Assembly: GCA_951406725.2 (NCBI GenBank)
Contig: OX597817.1
Location: 124,806,001 to 124,870,000, forward strand
DNA from: Octopus vulgaris
Lineage: Eukaryota
Reading direction: 5' to 3'
DNA length: 64,000 nt
Position 1 is the stretch's first letter; each line of letters opens with the position of its first letter. The notes beneath the pieces are model-generated. The model was given only the letters and a program-made list of their open reading frames with translations, did no database searches and was not told the origin of the DNA. Of this stretch, positions 17,767 to 29,989 are shown in pieces. Both the position numbers and the translations under genes were made by a program.

Positions 17767-18766
17767 GGATCTTTTCAGTTTGAAGGCCAGATTTTCCTAG
17801 TTAACTAAACAATTTGAAACTTCGTATACTGGTAGAATGTGTCAAAAGAAAACATAATTGTAAACCAAAATGAAAACGGAATTGTAATTTCTAAGTTTAA
17901 CGTTGTTTAAAAATTCGAATTTTAACCAATGATATTCTTTCTTTCGGCCTCATATTATTTACTGCTTCTCAAAATATTGTTACTGTGACGTAAACAGCTA
18001 TTTTGTGACGTAGTTAACGTAAACATGTAAATAGCTAACTAAAATGTAAACATCTCCGCTTATCATAAACTTCGTGGAGTATATATAAAATTTGTGTAGA
18101 TCCTAAATAGCTACACACACATGTATACAAACATATGCATATATATATATATATATATATATATACACCTATACACACATATTCTAATGCATATGCATAT
18201 ATGTGTATATATTTATAATGTGTGTGTATTATAGATGCATACATTATATATATATATATAAAAGATGTTTACATACAATATATATATGTTATATACATCT
18301 ACATGTATATGTATGTATGAATATATAAGTACCACAGAATTTGAATCAAACTGTTTTGATCCATACATACACACACACACACACACCAACACTACCATCC
18401 ATGAGACATCCTAACATAATCAATGCTACTACTACTATCATCACTATAATTGCTGCCATCATACACATCCACTATCACCACTACCACCACTGCCATGATA
18501 ACCACATCTACCACAGCTGTTTGCTTACTGCTTACCCACTCACAAAATAGCTATCTAGGTCACATTAACACTATGCAGCTAATAATTTCAAATGAAAACA
18601 GACAATATGATTTAAACTACGTCTAAACTTATAAAATATATTTTTGTCAAAAAAACTAGTTGAAATTATTGTTTTCTTTTGACACATTCTACCAGTATAC
18701 GAAGTTTCAAATTATTTAGTTAACTAGAAAAATCTGAAAAATCTGGCTTTCAAAAAGAAAAGATCC
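17767..18766 (+). mobile_element. Non-autonomous DNA transposon (MITE) with GGATC...GATCC termini
   Basis: 17767-17860 is inverted relative to 18670-18766. A second family copy lies in the opposite orientation ending at 31136. Confidence 0.7.
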
Positions 18767-18892
18767 GGGTTTGGGTTTTAAGGTTAGGGTTTTAGGGTTA
18801 GGGTTTTAGAGCTAGGTTTTATGGTTAGGGTTTTAGAGTTAGGGTTAGGTTTTGGGTTTTAGGGTTAGGGTTGGGATTTAGGATTAGAGTTA
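18767..18892 (+). repeat. Degenerate interstitial telomeric-type (TTAGGG)n repeat
   Basis: GGTTAGGGTTTTAGGGTTAGGG... with TTTTAGGG and other variants. Confidence 0.85.
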
Positions 18893-19353
18893 CGGAAACA
18901 AGCGAGAAATGAAGAAATTGGAGGTGGAGGGGGCAAAATTTTTTTTCCGAAAATAGTTGCTGAAATCAAGAAATTGCCGAAGAAAGACTTTCACTTTTTC
19001 ATGAGCGGCTATCGAAAACGCTGGGGTTTTAATATGACAAAAGAAAATACAAAAATGGTGGGCTTTTATGCACATATGTACTAATGGATATCATATATAT
19101 GTACAAAATGAAACTTGAGATTTCGAAAGAAATTGTGATGTGTGCCACTATTTTCCTTTTCACATCAAATTCCAATATAATCTGAATATATACATTCTGA
19201 AAAGTATCTGTAGCAAATTTCATTTAAAAATACCCAAGTTATGAGGAAACAAAGTCAACTCATGTGAATTTCCCGAAACCCCTCTTCCTAACCACAGAAT
19301 CTTTTTAAATATCAAATTCCTATGTAAGCGGAATATACACAATCTAAAACATA

Positions 19354-19867
19354 CCGTAAATCCTCAAGTATAATCCGCATTATTTTCCCAAAATGTAAAG
19401 GTCAAAATCCCTAGTGTGTACTATATATGAGGTTAAAAATGGAAATTATTTTCTAAGCAATGTCCAAGTCTCTATTTGCTGTCAGGCAATGTTTATTCAG
19501 AGGCATTTTGTGATGTCGGGCTCGAAAATACCTTAAGCTAAGCCTGAAATCAATGAAGTCATAAAAGAATCATCCATAACTTGCAATAAGCAACATTTAT
19601 TAAACGTTATTACTGTTATTTCTTTATTTTCTGCAAACAAAATGCACAAAAAAGGTACACGTTTGCATTATGTTATATATATACAATAATAATAAAGGAC
19701 GTTACCGTATACATTTTTAGAAACCAAGGACGTTATATACACCGCCTTAACTGAAGTTAGAGAAGGGGTGCGTATTATACACAAGGTTTAGGTTTTCCAG
19801 AGGTACAGCCCCCTAAAAATCCCCTGCGTATTATACTCAAGGGCAGACTATACTCGAGGATTAACGG
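19354..19867. mobile_element. Tc1/mariner-superfamily (pogo/Tc2-like) MITE
   Basis: TIRs CCGTAAATCCTCAAGTATAATCCGC and GCAGACTATACTCGAGGATTAACGG, with TA on both sides. Confidence 0.8.
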
Positions 19868-20569
19868 TATTTTTTGAAAATTTCATTAAAAAAATTTACA
19901 TTTTTCTGGAAGTTGTGAGGCAACAAAGTTGGTCGGGTAGGGGCACACATGTATAGGTAAACCGACATTTGCATTATTTTACAATAATCATTTCAAATCC
20001 TGCTCGGCTGGTTTTTGTCTTATCTTTCAGGGCCCAATAGAATGAGTTAATCGAAATAAAACAGAGTTGTAAACACCCCTATACCTATCCATTCAAATGC
20101 TGACGTCAGTAAAGTTGGTCAAGGAAAACCGGTCTTTTTACTTTTATTGGAATTGATATTGTATTTATTTAAGATGCCAAAGGAGTTCTGTGTTTTTGTT
20201 TTTATGGAGACGCTTCATGAATAATCTAATCTTCTCACTCCTTCGGTCATTGTTTTTATAAGATAAAAATAGTATGATGACTTATAAAATATTTAGAGGA
20301 ATATTAAGTTTTACAGGCCAGATGTTTAAAAACATCGATTACAAATGCCGGTGGAAGATAAACGTTCCAGGGGACATTCTTGTTCTTTCGTTCGTACAAG
20401 GATCGTATTAAGTTTCGGCTTAAAATAAATTATAGATATAAATATAATGTATAGAAATATATAAAAACCAGAATAGAAAATAAACGTCTTAGGCATATAA
20501 AATGAGATAACATGAGATATCAAGGTGTTATAAACTTGAAACGTACTAGAATATCATAGATTATATATA

Positions 20570-23075
20570 TCAAGTCATCCAGTCAGTTCTGTCTAATTTT
20601 ACCTTTTTTTTTTTAGATTTGAATGAAATTTAATAGTATTTGCAAATGTCTAATTCAATTAAAAATTATTTTTATGCATTTGTGTACGTTTAAACTAATT
20701 CAATATTGTTTTACAAAATAATAGACGGTGTCCACAAAGTCTGCGTACATGGGGATTAACACATACTTTTAAAACAAAACAATTTTATTTAATTATAATG
20801 TTAATAAATAATATTTTCAAAGTGATTTCCATCATTTTCAATGCATAACTTGATGCGCCTTGCAAAATTCAGGTGAACTTGATTAAATAAGTCTACATTG
20901 CCATCAATTTAAGCACACTGACTGGTAATGCGTTCTCTCATGTGTTTTAAATCTGTAATCTTTATTGAGTAAACTTTCTCTTTCAAAAAAAAAAAAAAAG
21001 AAATCAAGGGGAGAAAGGTCTGGTGAACGAGGGGACCATTCCATATGACCCCTTCTTTCAATCTAGTGAGGAGGAAAAGTGTCATTAAATCAATCTCTAA
21101 CAGTTGTGGCAAAATGGGTAGGGGCCCCATCCTGCTGAAACTAATTCGGAAGGCCCTCGCCTAGGCGCTCAATTTAAGATATTAATTTGTCTCTCAATAT
21201 ATTTGCATAAGTCTTGTCCGTTACATGTTCAATGAAGAAGGGTCCTAGAACACGAGCTTTCCAAAACCCACACCACACCATCACCTTTTTGCTGTCTTGC
21301 TGTTTGGATAGATCCATCCAATGTGGATTACCTCGAGACCAGTATAGAAGATTCTGTCTGTTGACCTCACCATTTACATAAAACGTAGCTTTGTCACTGA
21401 ACAAAGTTTTTCGTAAAATTGATATTTTCATCCAATTTATATGAAAACCATTCGCACGTCTACACTCGTCTATCAGGATCGTCTTCATTTAAGTGATGCA
21501 ATATCTGTAGGTTGTATCGATGAAACTTTTCCTCAACCAGCATTTTGTGGATGGTTGGTTTTGGAACACCTAACACCGTAGATGTCCGACGAAGTGATTT
21601 TTGGGGGCTAGCTAGCAGAAACTTTAGCCTCGACAGCCTCTTTAGTTTCATCTGAAGTCTTTGGTCGCCCGGAACGGGGTTTATCCGAAACACTGCCTGT
21701 TTCTTTAAATTTCTTGATCAATTTCCTGACGGCAGTAAAATAAATAGGTTGCCTACAAGGGGGTGGAAGATTAAATTCTTCCGCAATTTTGCGATAAGAC
21801 CATCCCTCTCGTCCACTTAATAATACTAACTCGATTCGTTCTTCTTTAGACAGATTCATCATTCGATCTGAGATTCTTTCTTCTTTAGACAGAGCCATCA
21901 TTCGATCATCTGTAGAAAAAATAACAAATAAATTTAGAAAAGTAAAGTATTTTTTAAATTTAATTTAAACAAAAGTAAAAAAGGAAAATTATTATTTCTT
22001 ATATTTATTTGTTTATGTTATGATTTTGTTCCATAAACCCAGACTTCGTGGACACCCTAAAATTGCTTTGATTAAAACCCTTTCAACATGGAAGTATCCA
22101 AGGAGCATTTAAGGCACATATAATTCCTTATGAGTACAATAAAGGTAACTCTGCTGCCGAAGTGACTCGAAACATACACTCAGTTTATGGCAAAGTGCTC
22201 GAATGAAAGAACTTGCAGGAGATCGTCTGCAAAATTGAAGATGAATATCGAACAGGATGTCCAGTTGAGTTTGACAAGCTCCTTGAGGCATTACTTGAAG
22301 AAAATCTGTCATTATCAGTTGAAGAATTGGCAATAAAGCTTACTTCAAACCATACAACAGTTCATCGTCATCTTCAACAACGTGGAAATCCCGAGTTGGC
22401 ATCTGCTCTTCTCTCCATTCTCGCAAACTCATTTCACCCTTTTTCGATAGACTTGTGATGAAAAATGGATTTTCTATCGAAATGTTAGACGTCGTAAACA
22501 GTGGCTTGGTAAAAGGGAAAATTCTCAACCAGAACCGAGAAGGGAACTTCATGGGAAAAAGGTTCTACTCTCTATCTGGTGCGATTGCAAAGGCGTAATT
22601 CACTTTATATTGTTACCACCTAATGCAACAATCAATGCTCAAGTCTACTGTCAGCAATTAGAGCGTTTGAACCAAGCTTTGAAGGAAAAAAGAGCCGCTT
22701 TAGTGACAATGCGCAACCCCACACTGCAAAGATCACATCACAGAAGATTGAAGGGGTCGGTTTGGAAAAATTTCTTCATCCAACTTATTCTCCCGACCTT
22801 ACTCCTTCAGGATACCATTTGTTTCATAGTTTACAGAATTAGTAGGGGGATACAACTTTCGCAAGCCAGGGGAGGTCGAACCTGACATTTCAGAGTTCTT
22901 CGCTTTCAAACCAAAAGAGTTTTACGTTGATGGGATTAAAAAGCTTGTAAATAGATGGAGGTAAGTCATAGATAATTAGGGAAAGTACATTGATGATTAA
23001 CTTTCAATTAAATATAACATTTGATCACTTGTATTCTTTATCCAAAATTCAGACAGAACTTATGGGATGACCTGA
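20570..23075 (+). mobile_element. Degenerate mariner (DD34D-type) element, split by a nested DD41D element
   Basis: TIRs TCAAGTCATCC..AGTTCTGTCT (20570) and AGACAGAACTTATGGGATGACCTGA (ending 23075). The transposase pseudogene starts at 22088 (MEVSKEHLRHI..., HGKKVLLSIWCD, LLPPNATINAQVYCQQLERL, YSPDLTP). Confidence 0.88.
20724..22059 (-). mobile_element. Tc1/mariner DD41D (rosa/Visitor-type) element, pseudogenised
   Basis: TIRs GACGGTGTCCACAAAGTCTG and CAGACTTCGTGGACACCCT. Motifs FSDKATFYVNGEVNRQN, KVMVWCG and FQQDGAP...WSPRSPDLSPLD, with 41 residues counted between the second and third D. Confidence 0.88.
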
Positions 23076-23474
23076 GATATATACACTGGCGAAAATATAT
23101 TTAAGACAGACAATAAAAGTTCTTTTTCTTACAAAATATTTTGTTACTAACACCATACAAATTATCTTTATCTTTTACACCTTATGCAAAATTGATTTCG
23201 CTTTCGAATGATGCCGACAAAAACCATTTTTATACAACTTGAAGAATTCTAATGCTAAATATAATTTTAATGGAGATAACCTGCAGTATATAGTACAACA
23301 TTTTTGTCTCCGTATATGAGCTAAGTATTAATAAAATGTGGTATACGATAAAAATTTCGGATATTTGTCTTAAAACATTCAGACAAGAAAATTCAGATGT
23401 AGCACATGAGGTATTATTCCATACGAATATCCACATATTTATATTAAGAATTTCATGATAAAAATATAGAAATA

Positions 23475-24041
23475 TTGGGTTGTCCGGAAAGTTCTTGCAG
23501 ATTTATAGTAGCTTATCTTTCGACTTATTTTAGAACATGTTTGAGTCCATAAAATAGGATTTGACTACACCTCCATTTGGAGCACAGTTTAATCTATCTT
23601 TTCGTGGAAGAAGGTTTATGTTCCAATAACCTGTGTTAATTCTGTAACCCTTTAAATTAAAAGATGAGAAAAATTCATTATCGGCATTTGATGCTTTGGG
23701 AACCAGACAAAAATTGCTGCGGCTTGGCTGGGGTGACTTACCCCACCCTCCATATTCACCAGATATTACTCCTTCGGATTTCCACTTATTCAGGTCTCTG
23801 CAGAATAGTCTTAATGGTGAAAATTTCAATTCCTTAGATGACGTAAAAAGATATCTTGATGAATTATTTGCCTTGAAACCACCCCAATTCTGGGAAGAGG
23901 GTATTTTTAAGGTAAAGGTAAGATGGAGACGTATTGTGCAACGAAATGGTTCAAATTTGGTTCATTAAAAATGTAATGGCAAGTATTTAGTGACCATGTA
24001 CTTTCCTTTAAAAATCGGAACGAACTTTCCGGACAACCCAA
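23475..24041 (+). mobile_element. Internally deleted mariner element
   Basis: TIRs TTGGGTTGTCCGGAAAGTTC and GAACTTTCCGGACAACCCAA, TA TSD. Retains LPHPPYSPDITPSDFHLFRSLQNSL. A related fragment lies on the minus strand at 44182-44530. Confidence 0.9.
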
Positions 24042-24297
24042 TATAAACATAACAATGAAATACGAATATAAACATGAAAAATAAAAACCTAAATTGAAAG
24101 AGGCGATTAAAATTTTTTCCTAACCTGCAGCCGTTTGTTGTACGAAGTATTCGAAATTCAGCCCTCCTTCCTCAGGGTTCCTTTCTCGAGGTAAAATCCA
24201 GCAGAAAGCAGTAAGGCACTACATGAAGAGTATTCAGTTGGTGAAAGTTCAGTTTTTGAGTATCTATGAATATGAATAAGTGTCATTATATCACATC

Positions 24298-26327
24298 CTT
24301 GTATCTGTGATTTTTTATTACCCACTAGGGGCTACATAGAGGGGACGTTACAAACATTGGGGACATAGAACATCACAATTACATATATATGAGCAAAATG
24401 AAATATGAAAAATGATATATGAAAGCGATGCCGACGGCCCCATCCGTCAGCATCACTTACCTGTCCTTTTTCACCCATTTCCAATTAGCATTCCTTGCTT
24501 ACTTATCACAACGTTCATTTTTCTTTCAGCCCTCTCTATCATTTCATCTTTCATTTGCACTGACTTCCAACACACACCCTCTTCCTCAAACCTTCTCACC
24601 AATATGCCCATATCATCACCATCCACAGCCGTATAACTACAATCTTCATGTTCGTACCAATTGCTTAACACCCCTTTTGCGTTTTGTGTGTCTTTCCCAT
24701 TTATAACACATAAAAAGTGGGTCTTGGGACTTTCTTTGTTCTGTGTGTCTGTTTTTGTTTTTCTCGTAGGCGGGGAGTGGGTGGAATCGCTGTTTGCAGG
24801 GGAAGGATGGGACTCCAAGGGTGTGGGTGGTGTTGGGGTGGGTTGGGGCTTCGCACTGTTTTTCTTTTTCTTTCTTTTTCTCTTCTTTCTCCCTTCTTCC
24901 CACTCTTGCAGTATCTCCTCCTCTTCGGTTTCTTCCCTTTCTGTTAGGTTCTCCTTTTCTTCCTTCTTTTGGGGCTCCGTGCCATCTTCCTTTTCCTTTG
25001 GTGGGGGAGGGCAGTAGGCTCTTATGTGACCCCTCAGGCCACACTTATAGCACCTGGGCGCCCTACCCTCCACCCACACTCTCATAATAATATTCCCAGT
25101 TCTTATACTGTCCGTCAGCTTTTCTATTACTTCCGTCTCCGTCTGTATGTTCATGTCTAATGTGGCACCTCTTACGCCTTCATATTTCATAATGGCGTGG
25201 AGGATGTCCACTTTATCTTCGTTTCCTTTGATTATCGCAGCCGTTATATATTCGCCCTCTAGGTGTGGAGGTATTCCTTCCACCCTAATTCTGGTGGTCC
25301 TTCTATTTAAATACGAGGGGAACAAGTAAATTTTTTCCGTCCTCACCACCTTGGCTGCTATATTCCTGGCTGCTTTCTCACTTTTAAATTGTACCGTTAT
25401 AGTTCCATATTCTAATCCTCTTGTCAGGTACACGATTTCCTCTCCTGTCTGTTTCAGAGCCTCTTCAATTGCTTCCATATTAATTATTTCCATTTTTCTT
25501 CCTCCATTCATATATACTTTATATTTAATGGTTCTACGATTGAACCAGTCTCCGCGCCCTGCTGGAGGCAACAGCTCGACCTCTCCGTTCTCCTCCTCCT
25601 TCATAAACTCCTGGAAGCCCGGCAACTTAGCCAGGTCTATCTCTTTTTCTGTTGACTTCTTCGCCACTCCTGCGGAGGTGCTTTCCATCTTTTCCACCGC
25701 TTCCTCCTCAGATGTCGACGAAATTTCAGAGAAATTTCTCCCGTCCATCTCATCCGAAAAACGGCCTCCCGAACAGAAACAGTGCGACACACAGAACCAG
25801 TGCGACGCGAAACCGCACCAACCGACGTTCAAATTCCACAACAAAACAACTCACTTTTTTTTCTTCTTTACCGAACTTCACAGAGCGCAAAAAACACAAC
25901 CGACGTCAAAAAACAGCCTTGTATCTGTGATTTTTTATTACCCACTAGGGCTACACAGAGGGGACGTTACAAACATTGGGGACACAGAACATCACAATTA
26001 CATATATATGGGTAAATGAAATATGAAAAATGATATATGAAAGCGATGCCGACGGCCCCATCCGTCAGCATCACTTACCTGTCCTTTCACCCATTTCCAA
26101 TTAGCATTCCTTGCTTACCTATCACAACGTTCATGTTTTCTTTCAGCCTTCTCTATCAATTCATCCTTCATTTGCACTGACTTCCAACACACACCCTCTT
26201 CCTCAAACCTTTTCACCAATAAGTCCATATCATCACCATCCACAGCCGTGTAATTACTATCTTCATGTTCGTACCAACTGCTTAACACATCTTTTGCGTT
26301 TTGTGTGACTTTCCCATTTATAACACA
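24298..26327 (-). mobile_element. ORF1/gag-only non-autonomous retroelement: 1620-bp unit plus a partial upstream tandem copy
   Basis: 24298-24710 is repeated at 25918-26327. The unit holds a single ORF and a 3' tail containing AATAAA. Confidence 0.8.
24471..25748 (-). CDS. LINE ORF1-like nucleic-acid-binding protein with CCHC zinc knuckle (about 425 aa from MDGRNF)
   Basis: Uninterrupted ORF. RRM-like segments (ITVQFKSEKAA; TTRIRVEGIPPHL), then VWVEGRAPRCYKCGLRGHIRAYC (CX2CX4HX4C), acidic/basic tracts with an NLS-like RKKRKRKKKK, and a Pro-rich linker. Confidence 0.85.
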   Translation of the reverse strand: MDGRNFSEISSTSEEEAVEKMESTSAGVAKKSTEKEIDLAKLPGFQEFMKEEENGEVELLPPAGRGDWFNRRTIKYKVYMNGGRKMEIINMEAIEEALKQTGEEIVYLTRGLEYGTITVQFKSEKAARNIAAKVVRTEKIYLFPSYLNRRTTRIRVEGIPPHLEGEYITAAIIKGNEDKVDILHAIMKYEGVRGATLDMNIQTETEVIEKLTDSIRTGNIIMRVWVEGRAPRCYKCGLRGHIRAYCPPPPKEKEDGTEPQKKEEKENLTEREETEEEEILQEWEEGRKKRKRKKKKNSAKPQPTPTPPTPLESHPSPANSDSTHSPPTRKTKTDTQNKESPKTHFLCVINGKDTQNAKGVLSNWYEHEDCSYTAVDGDDMGILVRRFEEEGVCWKSVQMKDEMIERAERKMNVVISKQGMLIGNG

Positions 26328-26724
26328 CTAGCAGTATCGCCCGGCGTTGCTCGGGTTTGTAAGGGAAATAACTATATAAGCATTTTTAGAGAGTTATAGC
26401 CAAATAATAGCAAAAAAATGCATTAAAAATTGAAAATAAATTAAGGTAAATTTTTTTTTTAAATCATTGATAATACATCGTAGATATTTTTAGAGAGTTA
26501 CTTCCCTTATATAAAAGCGAAAAATGCATTAATATGGAAAAATATGATGGTAAATTTTTTAAAAATCGTAGACTCATCGTAGACGCGCGCTAATACCCAG
26601 AAGGGCTCGATATGAATCACGACTATAAGATGCCCGCTTTTGGTTACACTGCACCGCAAAATGAGGGAGTAGTTAGGAATCTAAATCGTAGGAGACAGAC
26701 ACACAACTTCACTTTTATATATAA

Positions 26725-26727
<3 letters not shown>
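26328..26727 (-). mobile_element. Non-autonomous Helitron
   Basis: Minus strand begins TCTTTATATATAAAAG and ends CCCGAGCAACGCCGGGCGATACTGCTAG (hairpin plus CTAG). Inserted between A and T. Confidence 0.88.
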
Positions 26728-26789
<62 letters not shown>

Positions 26790-27103
26790 TATACAGTATA
26801 TATATATATAATTTGAGGGAATATTATCTCATAATCTTATAGGGAAAAATTCAATTTAGAAATATAAATCAAATTTCACAAAATATAATATATATATATA
26901 TATATGAAATTAAAAAACACCTTTTATCAATTCAAAATGAACAATTAAATTACACCATCGAGAAAAATTACATATAATAGAAATATTAAATATAAAATAA
27001 CAATAATATACCGATGATTATAATGCGTAAAATAATAAATAAATCGTATATATATCATGAATTGATAAAAGGTGGGTTTTTTTCTAATTTATATATATAT
27101 ATA

Positions 27104-27254
<151 letters not shown>

Positions 27255-27314
27255 ATAAATATTAGGGAATAAATCCAAATTTACAGGGAAAAATTCAATT
27301 TAGAAAAACATTAA

Positions 27315-27755
27315 AGAATTTGCCCGCTAAATGGAGCTTGCATGTCCAAGACCATCATATATGAAGCTACCGTAAACTCTATAACCACTAAAGACACCGT
27401 TTCGACGAAGAAATACGTGGGCCTTACAGAGGGTAATTTCAAGGCCAGGTTCAATAACCACACTTTGAGCTTTAGGCACTGGAACAAAAGAAAAGCGACA
27501 CAATTATCCAATCATATTTGGTCTTTAAGAGATAAAGGTGTCGATTATAACATACAATGGAAGATTTTGGCCAGATGTAAGCCCTATACTAACGGCAGCG
27601 GATGGTGCGGTTTATGCGACATGGAGAGATGGCTTATCTGGAAAAGCAGCTTAGACCCTACCACATGTCTAAATACAAGGACAGAGCTTTTCGGATCATG
27701 CCCACATGTGACTAAATTTCTGTTACGTTTTTGGTCCCCTAAAGAAAACGGATAG
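27315..27755 (+). CDS. PLE GIY-YIG endonuclease domain (5'-truncated element extending to about 28025)
   Basis: RICPLNGACMSKTIIYEATV...KYVGLTEGNFKARFNNHTLSF...LSNHIWSL...WKIL...CGLCDMER...LNTRTELFGSCPH. Same subtype as 6495-7823. Flanked by (TA)n. Confidence 0.88.
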   Translation, partial: RICPLNGACMSKTIIYEATVNSITTKDTVSTKKYVGLTEGNFKARFNNHTLSFRHWNKRKATQLSNHIWSLRDKGVDYNIQWKILARCKPYTNGSGWCGLCDMERWLIWKSSLDPTTCLNTRTELFGSCPHVTKFLLRFWSPKENG

Positions 27756-27938
27756 AACATGCTTTCTGTGTTATGTCCCAAGAAGAATTTATATATTTTT
27801 ATATATTTTTATGTATTTTTATATAATTTTTATGACGAAAAATGCGAGCGATGTATAAGTACGCAGGCAAAGCAGAGTTATAACAGAGTAATTTCCTTCA
27901 TTTTTAACGGTATTTTATCATAACGTTTTCAAATAGCC

Positions 27939-28001
27939 AGATAACCGAAGAGATGGTGTTGTGGATTTCCACTTCGGCATCTGAAACTCAGAGTTTTATC
28001 T
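27939..28001 (+). ncRNA. Degenerate type I hammerhead in the PLE 3' region
   Basis: AGATAA-CCGAAGA-GATG..GTGG/CCAC..CATCT-GAAA-CTCAGAG-TT-TTATCT. The core carries CCG instead of CUG. Confidence 0.6.
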
Positions 28002-28021
28002 TGACTACCGAGTAATGTAAC

Positions 28022-28071
<50 letters not shown>

Positions 28072-28080
<9 letters not shown>

Positions 28081-28480
28081 TACACACATGTGAGTGAGAA
28101 CACTTTGAGATATTTTTGGTATCTAACATATGTCAGATACTGCGAGCGCTGCTTCTGATTGGTCAATCCATGGTGATGACCCGAGGTCACGGTGACAGCG
28201 CTGCTTCTGATTGGTCAATCCATGGTGATGACCCGACGTCACGGTGACGGCACTACTTTTGTCATTCATAAGTTAACCGATAGAATATGTCGAATGACTG
28301 AGACAAGTAAACGTGAAGAATTTAGTTATTGGGTTAATAAAATATGGTCGTTTATTCGTGTGTAATAAATAAAATACCAAGCTCATTCCCTATGGATACC
28401 GTATTTATTACAACTCGTTTACAAGCCACTCGTTGTAATAAATACGGTATCCATAGGGAACTCGTTTGGTATTCTCTATA
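28072..28480. mobile_element. Non-autonomous palindromic element (possibly Crypton-like)
   Basis: TATTTATTACAC (28074) is inverted at 28360-28371. Perfect 29-bp inverted repeat at 28386-28414 and 28432-28460. Internal 52-bp tandem duplication. Confidence 0.5.
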
Positions 28481-29429
28481 TATATTCAGTCAAACTAATG
28501 CACCTGCTTGTTATTCCTGCACCTGTCTTCGTCTTTTGTTGTTTTCTGTAAATATATCCTTTTATATATGTGTGCTGCAAGATTCTTGATGTGAAACCGT
28601 GCGTTGAAACAGATATTGTTGTATTTCGAGATAAACAGGCGCACTATATAATTCCCTTTTCACTCAATTTTTACTGTTCTTATTCTAATTTATGTTTATC
28701 GTCCGGAAATCTTTCGTCACACCTCTGTGAACTCTTCAGCGACACTTTCTGTCTTCGTGTGTACTCTTGCTTCGCTTTTATACATATACACACATACGCA
28801 AGTAAATATACGGGTAAAACCCTTGTGGTATGCTATATAAAGCTCGTATAAAGTCTTACTCAAAGAAGGTGCATTTCACACCTTGAATTGGTGATAATGA
28901 TTACACAACATCTCACCAATGAACAAGTGTAAAAATGTGTAGAAACAATTGTAATGTTTATAGATAATGTATATATATATATATATATATGTATGCATGT
29001 ATGTATGTATGTATGTATGTATGTATATACTTACATATATATGTATATACATATGCATATATGGGTACAGGACGTCACAGAAGGTAAACAACAGGAAATA
29101 CGAAATACGAAAATATGGAATACGAACTTTTTTTTGCGAACAGCGAAAGAAACAATAGTATCGATAATGCCCGAAATTGCGTTTGACTCCTCTTGCTGAT
29201 AACTGATGAAGAATTTGTGATCTTGTGTGTTTCCTGTTCGCCTGTGCATTTAGTATGTGTTCGTTTGTTTATTTACAATACGTTTATTTTTAATTATATA
29301 TATATAGATATGTCATATTTTCCGTTTGTTGTCTTTTTATTTAATCCTGAAGATATTATTTATGTAACGCACGCACTCATTAATCTTTTACCTATATATA
29401 TATGTGTGTGTGCGTGTGTATGTGTGCGC

Positions 29430-29485
<56 letters not shown>

Positions 29486-29554
29486 TTCAAATTTACAGAA
29501 AACAAACGACGAAGACAGGTGAAAGAATCTTTTAGAGAGATAGATTAGATATAA

Positions 29555-29952
29555 CTAGCAGTATCGCCCGGCGTTGCTCGGGTTTGTAAGGGAAATAACT
29601 ATATAAGCATTTTTAGAGAGTTATAGCCAAAAAATAGCCAAAAAAATGCATTAAAAATGGAAAAAAATGGTGGTAAATTTTTTTTAAATCGTTGTCTCAT
29701 CGTAGACATTTTTAGAGAGTTACTTCCCTTATATAATATCGAAAAAATGCATTAAAATGGAAAAAAAATGATGGTAAATTTTTTTTTAAATCGTAGACTC
29801 ATCGTAGACGCGCGCTAATACCCAGAAGGGCTCGATATGAATCACGACTATAAGATACCCGGTTTTGGTTAAACTGCACCGCAAAATGTGGGAGTAGTTA
29901 GGAATCTAAATCGTAGGAGACAGACACACAACTTCTCTTTTATATATAAAGA
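29555..29952 (-). mobile_element. Non-autonomous Helitron (same family as 26328-26727)
   Basis: Near-identical sequence, TC...hairpin-CTAG termini, A|T insertion site. Confidence 0.88.
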
Positions 29953-29989
29953 TAAACTCAAAGAGCAACTAGAAAGTGAAAGTAGTATC

